Below, piece by piece: positions 12,457 through 25,093 of a DNA stretch of 64,000 nucleotides. Positions within the stretch are counted from its first letter, which is position 1; each line of letters starts with the position of its first letter. Origin of the DNA: Heteronotia binoei (Eukaryota); contig NC_083230.1 of NCBI RefSeq assembly GCF_032191835.1, positions 130,696,001 to 130,760,000 on the forward strand, given 5' to 3'. The position numbers and the translations under genes are program-made. Below the pieces are notes generated by a model. That model was given only the letters and a program-made list of their open reading frames with translations. It ran no database searches and had not been told where the DNA came from.

Positions 12457-12592
12457 CAGGGGTGGCCAATGGTAGCTCTCCAGATGTTTTTTGCCTACAA
12501 CACCCATCAACCCCAGCTATTGGCCATGCTGGCTGGGGCTGATGGGAGTTGTAGGCAAAAAACATCTGGAGAACTACCGTTGGCCATCCCTG
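12457..12592. mobile_element. Palindromic hAT MITE (~136 bp); copies at 31435-31572, 53597-53731, ~56845-56980
   Basis: TIRs caggggtggccaa/ttggccatccctg with an internal near-perfect hairpin. 8-bp TSD gtatatac/ctatatac at the 31435 copy. Confidence 0.8.
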
Positions 12593-12683
12593 CTCTTTAG
12601 CAACCGACACACCCCAGGCAATTCCCCTGCTCCAGGTGCCTTGAACACCCTGCTCAAGTAATCTTTCATTCAGTATGAATGAA

Positions 12684-12908
12684 TGGGGAGGGACGGTGGC
12701 TCAGTGGTAGAGCATCTGCTTGGGAAGCAGAAGGTCCCAGGTTCCCAATCCCTGGCATCTCCAAAAAAGGGTCCAGACAAAAAGGTGTGAAAAACCTCAG
12801 CTTGAGACCCTGGAGAGCTGCTGCCAGTCTGAGTAGACAATACTGACTTGGATGGACCAAGGGTCTGATTCAGTATAAGGCAGCTTCATATGTTCATATG
12901 TTCATATG
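12684..12908 (+). mobile_element. tRNA-derived SINE with CR1-like 3' tail
   Basis: A box tggctcagtgg and B-box-like ggttcccaatccc. The tail gatggaccaagggtctgattcagtataaggcagcttcatatgttcatatg resembles CR1 3' ends. Confidence 0.75.
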
Positions 12909-13470
12909 AGGGGCCGAATCGCTCTTTGAATCTAGTCCCCCATCCAGCTCTTTGATCTGAGCATGGAATGACTTGGGGCTTTAGAGACATCCTTGCAAAA
13001 CCAATCTCAGTGTGATCTTCAAGGGCAGCCCTGTTCATCATCTGTATTCAGGGCCAGCTGAAGTTTCAGCCCCATTTTAGGAGATAACCACACACACACC
13101 CCAGCTCATTTCAGTAATTAGTCCTGGAGGATCCCAGGGCACACTAGCTGCAGCAATATCATCTCCATCTGGTAGGCTGCAGATGAGAAAGCTGAAGCTT
13201 TTGTTAACAGTTAGAAACCACAATTATCTTACATCTGCGATAAACCACTTTGGCCATGTTCTGTAAGGAAAGGCACAATATACTTTCCTGTAGAAATGGA
13301 TATTGTGCTGACACGACATCTCGCCCCACAGGCATCTGGTTTAGGAGATGGACTTTGGGGAAAGAAATGTTTCAGCTGCTTTCTGCTCAGCGGCTTGTCT
13401 ATCACAGGACAGGGGAGGGCGGTCTGCAAGTTTACAAATAAATAAATATAATATAGTGGTTTCTATACAA

Positions 13471-15352
13471 TGATGAGGCGAGGAGGTAGTGAACAGAGCT
13501 CTTTTATTGAATACAGCATGGTATAAGGCTGCCTACGAAGACTGAAGACTAGGCCCACACTGCCTGTGACTGGACCATTCAAACCAGTCAGGGGCTCTTG
13601 ATTGGAGCAGGCCAGCAGGATTTGGATCCTGCTGTGTATTGTTCCCGAGTCCCCAAACTCTGTCCTTCAGGCCCCAGTGAGCCAGGCAAGAACTCCAGCT
13701 TATAGATACAATTCTATACAACATCCTTCCCCTCTTAGTTCGCAAGCCTAGCTGACGTAGTCATTGAGGTAGGCTGGCTTGCAATGCTCTCTGGTATCGC
13801 TCTCAGCTGGCGACTCCCGAGCCTCCATGACCACTGGCTCCACCTGAAGGGTGGGGCTCCGGGCCCCTGCCTCCGCTGTGGCAGTTGGGGAAGGAGTGGA
13901 GCTGGCATTCCGGTTGTCAGGACTGTAATCGTCGACTTCTACCTCGGTGCTCACGGGACCTCAGCTGGTTGATGTGCCTCCTTATAGTGGACACCCCCTC
14001 TGTTGTAACCTCATACATTACGGACCCCAACACCCTGGCAACCCTTGCTGGAATCCAAGCGCCCCCCCCAAAAAAAAATGTTCTTAGCCATAACCCGGTC
14101 TAGGTCGAGGGCTCTGTCTGCATGCAATCGGTCTAGTAGGGTGGCTACCCGGCGGCCCATGAGGAATTCGGCAGGGCTGTGACCCATGGCCGAGTAGGGG
14201 ATAATGTGCTGTGATTATAAGAATTCTGCAAGGCGGCTCTCCCCTGGATGATGTAGCGGAGCAATTCTTTAGTCCTCCTTACCATCCTTACCATCCTTTC
14301 GGCCTGGCTGTTGGTGGCTGGGTGGAAGGGGTCTGACCTGATGTGCTTAATGAGGTTTCGGGCGCAGAAGTCCTGGAATTCTCCTGAGGTGAAGGTCATC
14401 CTGTTATCCGAGACCAGCATGACCGGGAGGCCATGCATGGTGCACACCTGGTGGAGGCCGCAAATGGCAGCCCGGGAGAAGGTGGATGCAACCAGGAGCA
14501 CCTCCAGCTATTTCGAGTATGAGTCCACAATTAAGACAAATGTTTGTCCCTGGAAGGGCCCCGCAAAGTTCAGGTGCGGCCGGGACCAGGGGTTTCATGT
14601 TGATTCCCAGTGCTGCACTGGAACCCGGGGAGGCGCTGGCCGGGACTCTTGACACAGCTGGCAGCGGGCGACCCAAGACTCGATCGCATCGTCCATTCTG
14701 GGCCACCATACATAACTGCGAGTGAGTGCCTTCATGCACACTATCCCCAGGCGGGTTTCGTGCAGCCCCGTGAGGACTTCGTGTCTCAGAACCGGGGGCT
14801 CCATCACCCTGTTCCCCCATAGCAAACACCCCTTATGGACAGAGCGCTCATCCCTGTGGGACGCGAACGTCCCAAAATCTGGTTCCACCCATCCTGTGGG
14901 CCATCCCCTCCACACCCAGTTCAGAACTCGGGAGAGTATTTTGTCCATGGCCAAGCAGCATGCAATGTCTTTTGCGTGCACTGGATGGTCTGGGAGGGAC
15001 TCTAGAAGCAGGATCTGGTGTGCTGGGGCCAGATACGGATCTTCCGACGGCAGCAGCAGGCAGCTGAGAGCATCCATGTGGCCCATAGCTTTCCCCAGCC
15101 TGTACTGAAGACTGTACTGGCAACCCGCCAAGAGAATGGACCCCAGTAGTACCCTGGGTGACAACATCTGGGGCGTTAGTCAGGGGCGAAGAGGCCGAAT
15201 AATGGCTTGTGGTCTGTATGGATCGTGAAGGGCCAGCCATATAAGTAATCATGGAATTTTTTTACTCCAACCATGGTTGCCAGGCCCTCCTTGTCAATTT
15301 GTGCATAGTTGTGCTCCAGTTTCTGCAATGTTCTGGAGTAATAGGCCACAGG
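13471..15352 (-). mobile_element. Ty3/Gypsy (K02A2.6-type) 3' fragment: RNase H, integrase, PPT and 3' LTR
   Basis: Translations include PVAYYSRTL...NYAQIDKEGLA...FTIHTDHKPL, LHETRLG...YVWWPRMD...CQLCQ and VSDNRMTFTS...FHPATNSQAERMV. PPT aagaggggaagga at 13724-13736. LTR TG...CA at 13723-13471 with AATAAA. Degenerate (stops and frameshifts). Confidence 0.88.
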
Positions 15353-15424
15353 GACCGTATACGGCCCTCAGTACAGATGTTCCCCACCCCTGCTCTAAAG
15401 GGAATACAAAACATCTCTGGTGCC

Positions 15425-16381
15425 CTAATTCATAGTATCATGATGTTTCAGCTTATCCTGGCATTCTAGAACCTTCCTGAAGGCCCCTTTCACGTCCTTG
15501 TTCCGGAGGCTGTAGATCAAGGGGTTGACCATAGGGGTGATGATGCAGTACATGCTAGATACCAGAGTGTCAATCTCTAAGGAATAACCAGCGCTTGGAC
15601 GGTTATAGTTAAGAAATGCATTTCCAAAATAAATGATGACCACACTGATGTGAGAAGCACAGGTGGAGAAGGCTTTGCGCTTGGTGTTGGCAGAATGGAT
15701 CTTGAAGATGGAGGACAGTATGAAGACATAGGAGAGGATGATGAAGAAGAAGGGTCCCCCACCCACAAAAAGGCTTGCGATGTGGATGACAAGTTCATTG
15801 ATGTGTGCATCATTGCAAGCAATCTTCATCAGTGGGGGCAGATCACAGTAGATGTGGTGAATCTGGTTGGCTCCACAAAAGGACAATGTGGTGCTGAGCG
15901 CTGTATGAAGAGTGGAGTTTAGGGCTCCCCCGATCCAAGTGGCCAAGGCTAGGATGGTGCACACCTTAGGGCTCATGATGTGGGAGTAATGCAAAGGTTT
16001 ACAGATGGCAACATATCGGTCATAGGCCATGACAGCCAGCAGTGCACCTTCTGTCCCCGTGAAAGAGGCCAGGAAGAACATCTGGGCCATGCACTGGTTG
16101 TAGGAGATGGTCTGCCGCTGGTACAAGAAGTTCACCAGAATCTTGGGCACCGTAACAGAGGAGATACAGATATCTAGAATGGAGAGATGACTGAGGAAGT
16201 AATACATGGGGGTCTGGAGGCTGGAATCCAGTTGAATCAGAGTAAATATCATGAGGTTCCCCAGCACGGTGACCAAGTAAATGGCTAGGAAGGGCAGGAA
16301 GAGGTAGATGTGGCCGTTGGGAATGGTGGAGAATCCCAGGAAGATAAACTCCACCACTGGCGTCTGGTTCCTCACTCCCAT
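15425..16381 (-). CDS. Olfactory receptor, class II (OR2), 318 aa, intact
   Basis: PMYYFLSHLS, MAYDRYVAICKPLHY, KAFSTCASH, PMVNPLIYSLRN; close paralog of OR1. Confidence 0.97.
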   Translation of the reverse strand: MGVRNQTPVVEFIFLGFSTIPNGHIYLFLPFLAIYLVTVLGNLMIFTLIQLDSSLQTPMYYFLSHLSILDICISSVTVPKILVNFLYQRQTISYNQCMAQMFFLASFTGTEGALLAVMAYDRYVAICKPLHYSHIMSPKVCTILALATWIGGALNSTLHTALSTTLSFCGANQIHHIYCDLPPLMKIACNDAHINELVIHIASLFVGGGPFFFIILSYVFILSSIFKIHSANTKRKAFSTCASHISVVIIYFGNAFLNYNRPSAGYSLEIDTLVSSMYCIITPMVNPLIYSLRNKDVKGAFRKVLECQDKLKHHDTMN

Positions 16382-18476
16382 TGAGAGTTCAGGACTTTCC
16401 TGTAAGAAGAAGAAAAATCAACTGAGAGAAGACACCTTGGCATAGCAAAAGTATTTGGCGTGCCTCTGGACAGCTTGAAAGTCACTGAAGTCATGAGGAG
16501 GAAGTAGGGTTCTTGGAGTTGTGCCCCCTCCCCCCAATGGATATTGGACGCATTCATGTCTTCTGGTTCCTCCCTCCCCAGCACTCCCAATGGTCTCCTG
16601 CATACAAAAAGTGTCCTTGTCCTCCCCACCTTGCATCTCTCTGATTCCATTGAAAAAAGTCTGAGTCCAGAGGGATCTTTAAGACCAACAAAATTTTATT
16701 CTGGGGATAAGCTTTTCTGTGCATACATAGAATAGGTTACCCTGGAATACAACTTTGTTGGCCTGAAAGGGGGCCCTGGACTCAGAATTTATTCTGCTGC
16801 TTCAGACCGACCCGGCTTTCCACAACAATCAGCCTCCTTTGAATTGGTTAAGCCCTCTCCTCTTTGAGTCCTGAGGTATTTTACCGTTCTCTCCTCAAAT
16901 GATTCTCCTGTCTGTATTTGGTCATTCGCTGTTTGAAGGGGGAATAGTCCTTTCCTGTGTTCCCTCTAAACTCAGTGAACTTGAGCTAGCTCACAGATTT
17001 TTAGCCTCCAGCTCATAGGTTTTTGTCTTAACTCAGGAAGGATGACCCCAGAGCACACTAATTTATGCGGTAGCTCACAACTTTAATGCCTGTAGCTCAC
17101 AACTTTAATGCCAATAGCTCACAAATTTAATGCTAGTAGCTCACAATTTTAGTGCCAGTAGCTCACAATTTTAATTCCAATAGCTCACAAAGTAGAATTT
17201 TTGCTCAAAGGCTCTGCAGCTTAGAGGAAACATCCTCTCTTGTTTTGTTTGCTTGTGGGGTAATCCTAGGGTTCTGTCCCTTTTGATGCTTTTCTTATAC
17301 ATGGACTGATTTTGTACTAGGCTTGCTCTGGGTGGAGAGCCCTTTTGCTCCCGGGACTTCTCTCAATTTTCTCACAAGTTGCCCCGGAGATGCGAATTGG
17401 TGCGGTGCTCTTCCACAGCAAGCAGGATCCTCTTCCAAGGGTTTTCTGCTTGCCGTAGGAGAACAGTGCGCCAACTCACAGCTCTGCAGCAACTAGTGCA
17501 AAAACGGAGAGAAGCACCGGGATAAAAAGGGCTCTCCACTTGGAACAAGCCCTAGTGCAAAATCGGTCAGAGTCTCTAGATGGATTTTGCAGATTATCTC
17601 TGCCTATCTGACTGGCACATACAATCATAGAAGAATCCTAGAATCATAGAGTTGGAAGGGACCCCCAAGGTCATATAGTCCAACTCCTACACAATGCAGT
17701 AAACTCACAAATACCTCCCCACAAATTCACAGGATCTTTTTTTGCTGTCAAATGGTCCTCTAGCCTCTGTTGAAAAGCCTCTAATGAAGGAGAGTCCACC
17801 ACCTCCCAAGGAAGCCTGTTCCACTGAGGAACCGCTCTAATGGACATCTTGCCCCACTCTTCCGCAGAACATAAAAACTTCAGAGAAGCCATGTTAGATC
17901 AAGACAATGGCCCATCCAGTCCAATCCAAGTGCCATCAGGAGGTCCACCACTGAGGCTAGAAGCCCTCCCACTGTGTCCCCCCAAAGCACAAAGAATACA
18001 GAGCATCACTGCCCCAGACAGAGTTCCAACAATATGCTGTGGCTAGTAGCCACTGATGGACCTCTGCTCTATATGCTTATTCAATCCCATTTGGAAGCTG
18101 GCTATGCTTGTAGCCTCCACCACCTCCTGTGGCAGTGAATTCCGCATGTTAATCACCCTTTGGGCGAAGAAAGACTTCCCTTTATCAGTTCTAACCCGAC
18201 TGCTCAGCAATTTCATCGAATGTCCACGAGTTCTCGTATTGTGAGAAAGGAAGAAAAGTCCTTCTTTTTCTACCTTTTCTATCCCATGCATAATCAAGTA
18301 AACCTCTATCATGTCATCCCACAGTCAACATTTCTCCAAGCTAAAGAGCCCCAAGCATTTTAACCTTTCTTCCTAGGGAAAGTGTTTCAAACTTTCAATC
18401 ATTCTTGTTGCCCTTTTATGCACTTTTTCCTATGCACCTTTTCCTTTGATAGTATGTAATTGGGATGACAGAATTT

Positions 18477-18650
18477 ATAGCACCTATTTTTATCTATTTT
18501 AATCTATTTATGTAACTGTATTATATTTAAAATGTTGTTTATCTGTCTTAATTGAATCATGACATGTCATGTCTGTGAGCCGCCCTGAGCCCGCCTTCTG
18601 GTGGGGGAGGGCGGGATATAAGAATAAAATTTGATTTGATTTGATTTGAT
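18477..18650 (+). mobile_element. L2-type LINE 3' tail inserted in a CR1 fragment
   Basis: Matches the 3' end of the L2 at 46281-47032 (gcacctattttatctatttt...gagccgccctgagcccgcc...gggcgggata), with a (tttga)n tail. Confidence 0.75.
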
Positions 18651-19670
18651 TGATGCTATAATATCCTTTTTGAGGTGCGGTGACCAGAATTGCACACAGT
18701 ACTCCAAATGAGGCTGCACCATTGATTTATACAGGGGCATTATGATACTGGCTGATTTGTTTTCAATTCCCTTTCTAATAATGGAAAGCAGAACGGCATT
18801 ATAAGTAAATGATAATGTCATATTGTTGTCATTTTATTGAGGCACTACCTTGATTGCATTAATTGAAGCTGTTGAAGCAGCAAAAGCACAAACTGCCATC
18901 CTTTGCTCTTGGTATATTCTATTATTTAGGAAAAATGTATGTTGTCTCCATTCCATTCTACTGAACAGTTTCAAAATCTGAACAAACCGTAGTTCTACAA
19001 GGCTCACCTGGAGTGGCTGTTTTGGCAGCCAAGGGGCTGGAGAACTCAGCCCTTCTCCTGCCAGCATGTTGACAGGGGGGTTGTCGGACACCTGGAAATA
19101 GCCTGGCCCCCCAAAGCTACTCACCTTTGCACATGGATGACAAGTGATGGTAGGTTTCCTCCTCCTCTTTCTCTGGGCTTTTGGTCCCTGCTCATCCTGT
19201 TTACCAGATGAGAGCAGTTTAGGCCAAAGCTTCCACGATGTTACTGCATGGTAGCCCCAAGATGTGGAACCTACACTGCGTCTCGAAAGCCTCTCTCCTC
19301 TGCCAGCTTGAAGCCCCTGATGCCCTGGAGCAGACAGAGTTATGCAAAACTGGTGCTGCCAGGAGAGCTGAATTCTATTCTTGGACGAGGGTCCTTTGGC
19401 GATGGTCCTGGATTGGAAACCTTCAGGGAGCGAAGTACAGTGGCTAGAAGCTCAGGGGGTTTGTCTAGGTTGTGTCTCACGTTTTCCAGGGAGATAAGTA
19501 TAATTTATACCCAGAGGCACATCCAGAACTTGTCAACCTGCTGTGGGCTGGACTAGTGATGTTGTCTTCAGCTCTCTCCCCAAAGCTACTCCCTGGCTTG
19601 ATTTTCTGTTCTGTGCAGTTTGGCTGATCCTACTAAGAAGTAGGGTTGCTAATTCCCTATTGGGAATCAA

Positions 19671-19770
19671 GAGAGCCAGTTTGGTGCGTGCTTAAGTGTA
19701 CGGACTCTTATCTGGGGGAACCGGCTTTGATTCCCCACTCCTCCACTTGCAGATGCTGGAATGGCCTTGG
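19671..19770 (+). mobile_element. Squam3-like SINE head plus first 79-bp unit, fused directly to ERV gag
   Basis: gagagccagtttggtg...ggaatggccttgg switches abruptly to gag-coding sequence at ~19771. Confidence 0.85.
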
Positions 19771-20688
19771 GATCCACAGGGGTAATAAAGATGGCTCCAG
19801 TTAGACAGGTACCCTTGGGAGGCAGGGTAGATCAGTTTTTGGGACCATCAGACTATTCATGGAAAGAATTGCAGGCCATCTTTAAAATCCTGTTCTCAGG
19901 AGAGGAGGATAGGATGATAAAAGAAGCGGCTATAGCTCTCTTTAAGAAGGAGCATGCTGATGCTGAACATGTAGATGAAAGAATTCCAGAAGAGGACCCA
20001 GACTGGAATCCTAATAACATGATGGAGAAGTTCATGCTACAGAATTATCGAACTTATCTGATTAAGGGAATAAGAGTCAGTGCCAAGCCGCATAAATTTG
20101 ACCAAGGCCATGGAAATAGAGCAGAGAAAGGACGAAATTCCTACAGAGTGGCTGCAGAGGTTGAAGGATCAAATGCAAAAATATGGCCAGGTAACTAATC
20201 CTGAGGACCCCATATACCAGTCCTTGGTCAAATATCAGTTTGTAGAAAAAGCATACCCAGACATTAAAGCTAAATTGTCTACGTTAGACGACTGGGAAGG
20301 GAAAACTTTGGAAGATTTGTTAAAAGAAGCTCAAAAGGTGTATGTGAGAAGAGAGGAGGAGAAAGATAAGAAAAAGGTGAAGCGAATGGCCCAAATGGTT
20401 CAGACAGCTACTAAAGGCCGAGGGTTTCAGCAGGATCATGGGCGATATCCAAAAACAGCTGGATGGGGAAGGTGCTTCCTTGAACGCCCCCCACCCAGGG
20501 CAAATGGGAACCCAGTAGCGGGTGAAGGAAGGGGGGCAACAGAACGGAGAATGACAGAACATTGTGATAGACCTCGGTTGGGGAGGAATCAGTGTCGTAT
20601 TTGCAAACAGGAGGGCCATTGGGGCAAGGAGTGCCCACGAAGAGGGGAGGAGATGGAACTGGCTAACCTGATGTCCTTTTAGGACTAG
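19771..20688 (+). pseudogene. gag: ERV gag (capsid C-terminus and nucleocapsid), 5'-truncated and frameshifted
   Basis: MHR-like EQRKDEIPTEWLQRL and zinc knuckle CRICKQEGHWGKEC. Ends TTT TAG GAC TAG GGG AGT CAG; the second TAG (20686-20688) has an MLV-like read-through context. Confidence 0.9.
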
Positions 20689-23600
20689 GGGAGTCAGGGG
20701 CTCCCTCTTTTCTTTGGTCCTGCCACCCGGGAGCCCTTTGTAAATCTTTTGGTAGAGCCACAAAGAGAGGAAGTGGTATTTTTGGTGGACACTGGAGCGG
20801 GGAGGTCCACTCTAAACTACCAGCCGGCTGGTAGCAATCTAACTACAAATAATATACAAGCACAGGGAGTCAGAGGAAGATCCTTCTCTGCTTCCGTATT
20901 TGCTCCCCTCCTTGTGAGGCTGGACCCAGAGAGTCAGGGATATTTGTGCGATTTTGTCTATGTTCCAGATGCGGGGACTAACCTTGCAGGGAGAGACCTG
21001 TTGGGTAAAATGGGGATCGTGATTGTTTGTGATCAGGACAATGTAGGAGTGAAACTATGTAGTCTATCGGAAGAGGCAGAGCAAGAAGTTGACCCGAGAG
21101 TGTGGGCATCCCCGGGAAATTGAGGAGTGTTGCAAATTGAGCCAGTGAAAATACATTTGAAAGTCCCAGGTACCATAGTTCGTAAAAGACAGTACCCCAT
21201 GTCCCTGGAGGGGAGAAAAGGGTTACAGTCAGTGGTAGAGGGATTGTTAAAAGATGGCCTGATTGAAGCTTGCATGTCTCCATACAACACTCCCATACTC
21301 CCCGTAAAGAAGTTCGATGGGACGTTTAGAATGGTGCAAGATTTATGAGAGGTGAATGCTCTGGTGGTGCAGCGTCACCCTGTGGTTCCCAACCCATATA
21401 CCATCCTGAGTAGAATTTCTCATGAGCACGTCTGGTTCAGTGTCGTTAATTTGAAGGATGCATTTTGGGTGTGTCCATTAGATGAAGGGTGTAGAGATAT
21501 TTTTGCGTTTGAGTGGGAAAATATTGAGACAGGGAGAAAGCAACAGTTTCGGTGGATGGTGTTACCCCAGGGGTACACTGAATCCCCGAATTTATTCGGC
21601 CAAATATTGGAAAATTTATTACAAAACTGGGATGTACCACAGGGTGTCACTCTCGTTCAGTATGTAGATGATCTGCTCCTGTCAGGAAAAAAGAAGGGGG
21701 TGGTGGAACAAGCCACAGTAAGACTACTGAATTTCCTAGGGGGGAAGGGTTAAAGGTGTCCAAACAGAAAGCACAATTAGTGGAAAAAGAAGTCAAATAC
21801 CTAGGTCACTTGTTGTCAGGAGGTAGCCACCGCTTAGACCCTAAGCGAGTGGAAGGTATTGAACAGGTGGCCTTACCCGGTACTAAACAAGGCTTAAGAA
21901 GATTCTTGGGGCTTGTAGGCTACTGCAAGAGGTACTGCAAGGCTACTGTGGTTGGAAAGTTACACCACTCGCACTAAGTCCCTGTATCAGAAGCTGTTGA
22001 ATAGGGAGCCAGAGGTCTTGGTCTGGGAGCCTGAGGAAGTAAAAGCATTTCATTCCTTGAAGCGAGCATTAATAGCTGCTCCGGTTCTAGCATTGCCCTC
22101 TATAACCAAACCATTTTACCTGTATGTGAATGTTAAGGAGGGGTGTGCCCTTGGAATCCTAACCCAGAAGTGGGCTGGGAAAAATCAGCCAACCGCCTAT
22201 CTGTCTCGCCTCCTGGACCCAGTGGCCAGAGGTTGGCCGCTGTGCGTCCAAGCTTGTGCAGCCACCGCTCTCTTGGTGGAGGAGGCTAGAAAGGTTACGT
22301 TTGGGGGAACCCTGATAGTGACTTGCAAACATCAGGTGAGGACTATGTTAACTCAAAGAGCTGGCAGTTGGATGACAGATTCCCAGTTGCTGAAGTATGA
22401 GGCTGTGTTGCTAGAACAACCAGATTTAATTATTACTACTGAACAAACAATAAACCCAGCCTCCTACTCAGAGCCCGGAGATCAGCATGTAGATTGTCAT
22501 TCTAGGGAAGAACACGATTGCCTGGAGTTGATAAATTTACAGGTAAAAGGACGACCAGACCTGGAGGATGTCCCACTACCAAAAGGGAGAGTGTTGTTCA
22601 TAGATGCGTCCTCACGAGTGGTGGATGGAAAATGATGCAATGGGTATGCCATAATAGAAAATAGGGAAATTTTAAAACAAGGAAAATTACCTCAGGGATG
22701 GTCGGCCCAGACTTGTGAGCTGCATGCCTTGAATCAGGCACTGCTAATGGGGAAGGGTGAAAGCATAACAATATACACAGACTCAAAATATGCTTTTGGG
22801 GTGGTGCAGATTTTTGGAAAAATTTGGAAGGAAAGGGGAATGCTAACTAGTAGAGGAAAGCAACTAGTGCATGAGAAACTAATATTGGAGATTTTAAACA
22901 ACTTGTGGGGACCAGAACAATTGGCAGTGGTGCATATCAGGGGACACCAGACTGGTACCTCAAATGAAACTATAGGGAATCGCTTGGCGGCTGTAGCGGC
23001 CAAGGAAGCTGCTATGATTGGACCCCTAGAAGAAGTAGCACTAAAAAGCCTGGTACCATAACTTAAGGAACCTGACATACAACCATTCTTCACAGAAAAG
23101 GAGCTACACTGGATTAAAGAATTAGGAGGGGAGGTGAATGAGGAAAAATGGGTAACCCCAGATGGGAGACAGTGGTTGTCAAAGCCTCTAGCTAGGCAAG
23201 TATTGACTTGGTTGCATGAAGGGGGCCACTGGGGAACCCGAGTGATGATGGATTTGTTCCTGAAAAAGTTTGTATGCCTAGGCATCTATGGGGTGGCCAA
23301 ACAGATCTGTGATGGATGCATGGTGTGCAAAGCTGTTAATAAACAAAATATTCGCACTAAGACACAAGGGGGCCGACAATTGGCCATACGCCCCTTTCAG
23401 TATATGCAAGTGGACTTCACAGAAATGCCCAGAGTGGGCTGGTTGAAATATTGCTTAGTGATGGTAGATAAGCTTACTGGATGGGTAGAATGTTTCCCTA
23501 CAGCCACAGCCAACGCATCCACTGTAGCCAAACCGATTTTGGAGCAGATTTGCCCACCTTACGGGATTGCAGAAACTATAGACTCCGATAGGGGGAGTCA

Positions 23601-24255
23601 TTTCTCGGGAAAGGTGGTACAGGAGGTGATGGAAGCTTTGGGGATAAAATGGAAGCTCCACACCCCCTGGCACCCAGCCAGTAGCGGCCAAGTGGAAAGA
23701 ATGAACCAAAGTATTAAGTTGCAACTGAAAAAGGTTATTTTGGAAACCAAGCTCCCTTGGACTAAGGCTCTACCTATAGTACTGATGCAACTTAGAACAT
23801 GGCCTAGGAAAGATGTGGGGGTTTCTCCTTTTGAACTACTTTATGGAATTCCATTTCCAGGATTGCAGGGGGCGTTGGAAAGCCTGCCACGGCCAGAAAT
23901 AACTGATAAGTTCATTAAGTGTTACCTCGAATGGCTACTGTCTCTGTTGTTCTCTCTCCGACAGAAAGCTTTGCTGGTGCAGACACCACCACTGGAATTT
24001 CCCCTACACCAAGTACAACCGGGTGACTGGGTGCTGGTCAAAACTTGGAAGGACAAGCCTTTGTCTCCACAATGGTTAGGACCTTACCAGGTTCTGTTGA
24101 CTACTGAAATGGCGGTTCGCACAGCAGAGAACGGATGGACTCACTTCACGAGGGTAAAGAAAGTCCTGGAGCCAGAGGAAGAGGAGATTGGTGATGTCAC
24201 CTGGACAGTAGCCCGAACCACAGATCTTCTGAAGTTGAGGTTCTCTAGGCGCTAA
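20689..24255 (+). pseudogene. pol: ERV pro-pol (protease, RT, RNase H, integrase) with stops and two frameshifts
   Basis: FLVDTGAGRS; QDL*EVN; LPQGYTESP; QYVDDLLL; FIDASS; YTDSKY; HEGGHWG...CDGCMVC; QVDFTE; DSDRGSHF; SGQVERMN; WLGPYQV. In frame with gag. Frameshifts at ~21750 and ~21930. Confidence 0.95.
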
Positions 24256-24732
24256 ATGAACACTGAGGGAAAATTGTTATTTGATCAATATTGTACTCCT
24301 CTGTCTGATATTCTTTTAGGACCCCTGAACTGGAAACTGGTGGCTGAAAGACGACTGTGTAACTATTACACTTTTCAAATTTACCAGGACGAAAGAGAAA
24401 ATAGAGTAGTGTACACACAAAGAAATCCCAAGTGTGGTCTAGTGAGGAAAATACTAATATCAGAAACAGAAAGCGGATTGCAGGTATTTAAGGTTCATCC
24501 TCCTAGATGGTCTCACTGGGAGCGAGGAGAACTTTATAGAATTAAGTTAAACCCAACGGTGCTCATTCAACAGATACAACAAAGAGAGTACACAGAAATA
24601 CACAACATAATTTGTACCAGATGTTCCATGAGAGAAGGGTGGGACAATGAAGAAATAGATGAGGATCAGTCATATACATGGCACCCTCAGGAGTACCACA
24701 TGGAGAGAAGTGTAACATCATTTTGTTGGTGA
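24256..24732 (+). CDS. Hypothetical ERV accessory ORF, 158 aa, between pol and env
   Basis: ATG directly follows the pol stop (TAAATG). Open for 158 codons and contains a CTRC motif. No family recognised. Confidence 0.45.
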   Translation: MNTEGKLLFDQYCTPLSDILLGPLNWKLVAERRLCNYYTFQIYQDERENRVVYTQRNPKCGLVRKILISETESGLQVFKVHPPRWSHWERGELYRIKLNPTVLIQQIQQREYTEIHNIICTRCSMREGWDNEEIDEDQSYTWHPQEYHMERSVTSFCW

Positions 24733-25093
24733 TATTGGTCATTCTCACATCCGTGTTTTGAACACTTAGAATTACACAGACAGGTATTGACAGTGGGTAC
24801 CTGAGTCTTAGGTTGCCCTCATTACATTAAACTCATCGGTAGGAGTTCTGGAATACTTCCTAGTTAATCCCTGACCTTGTGGAAAACTGGCCAAAAGTCA
24901 GGACTATTGGGAGAAAAGGGATTTCTTCTGTTAACACAGTAGTCCCAAGTGGGAAGGGAGTAGAGCAACATTCTTTAACAATCAAGATATAGAAAGCCCA
25001 GAAGGAGAGTTAACTCAGACAGCAGAGATAGTAACAGTGAAGAACAATGGGACATGTAATGGCAGGAAATAAGGGAAATAAGGGACTGGACCC

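Noticed and set aside
12684-12770. tRNA genes at SINE heads
   Set aside because: They have A/B boxes but no complete cloverleaf, and run directly into SINE bodies.
15577-16177. ORFs antisense or out of frame to the OR genes (also at 8303, 32659, 32989, 49715, 50045, 58557)
   Set aside because: They are shadows of OR codon structure, recur only because the ORs are paralogous, and contain no recognisable domains.
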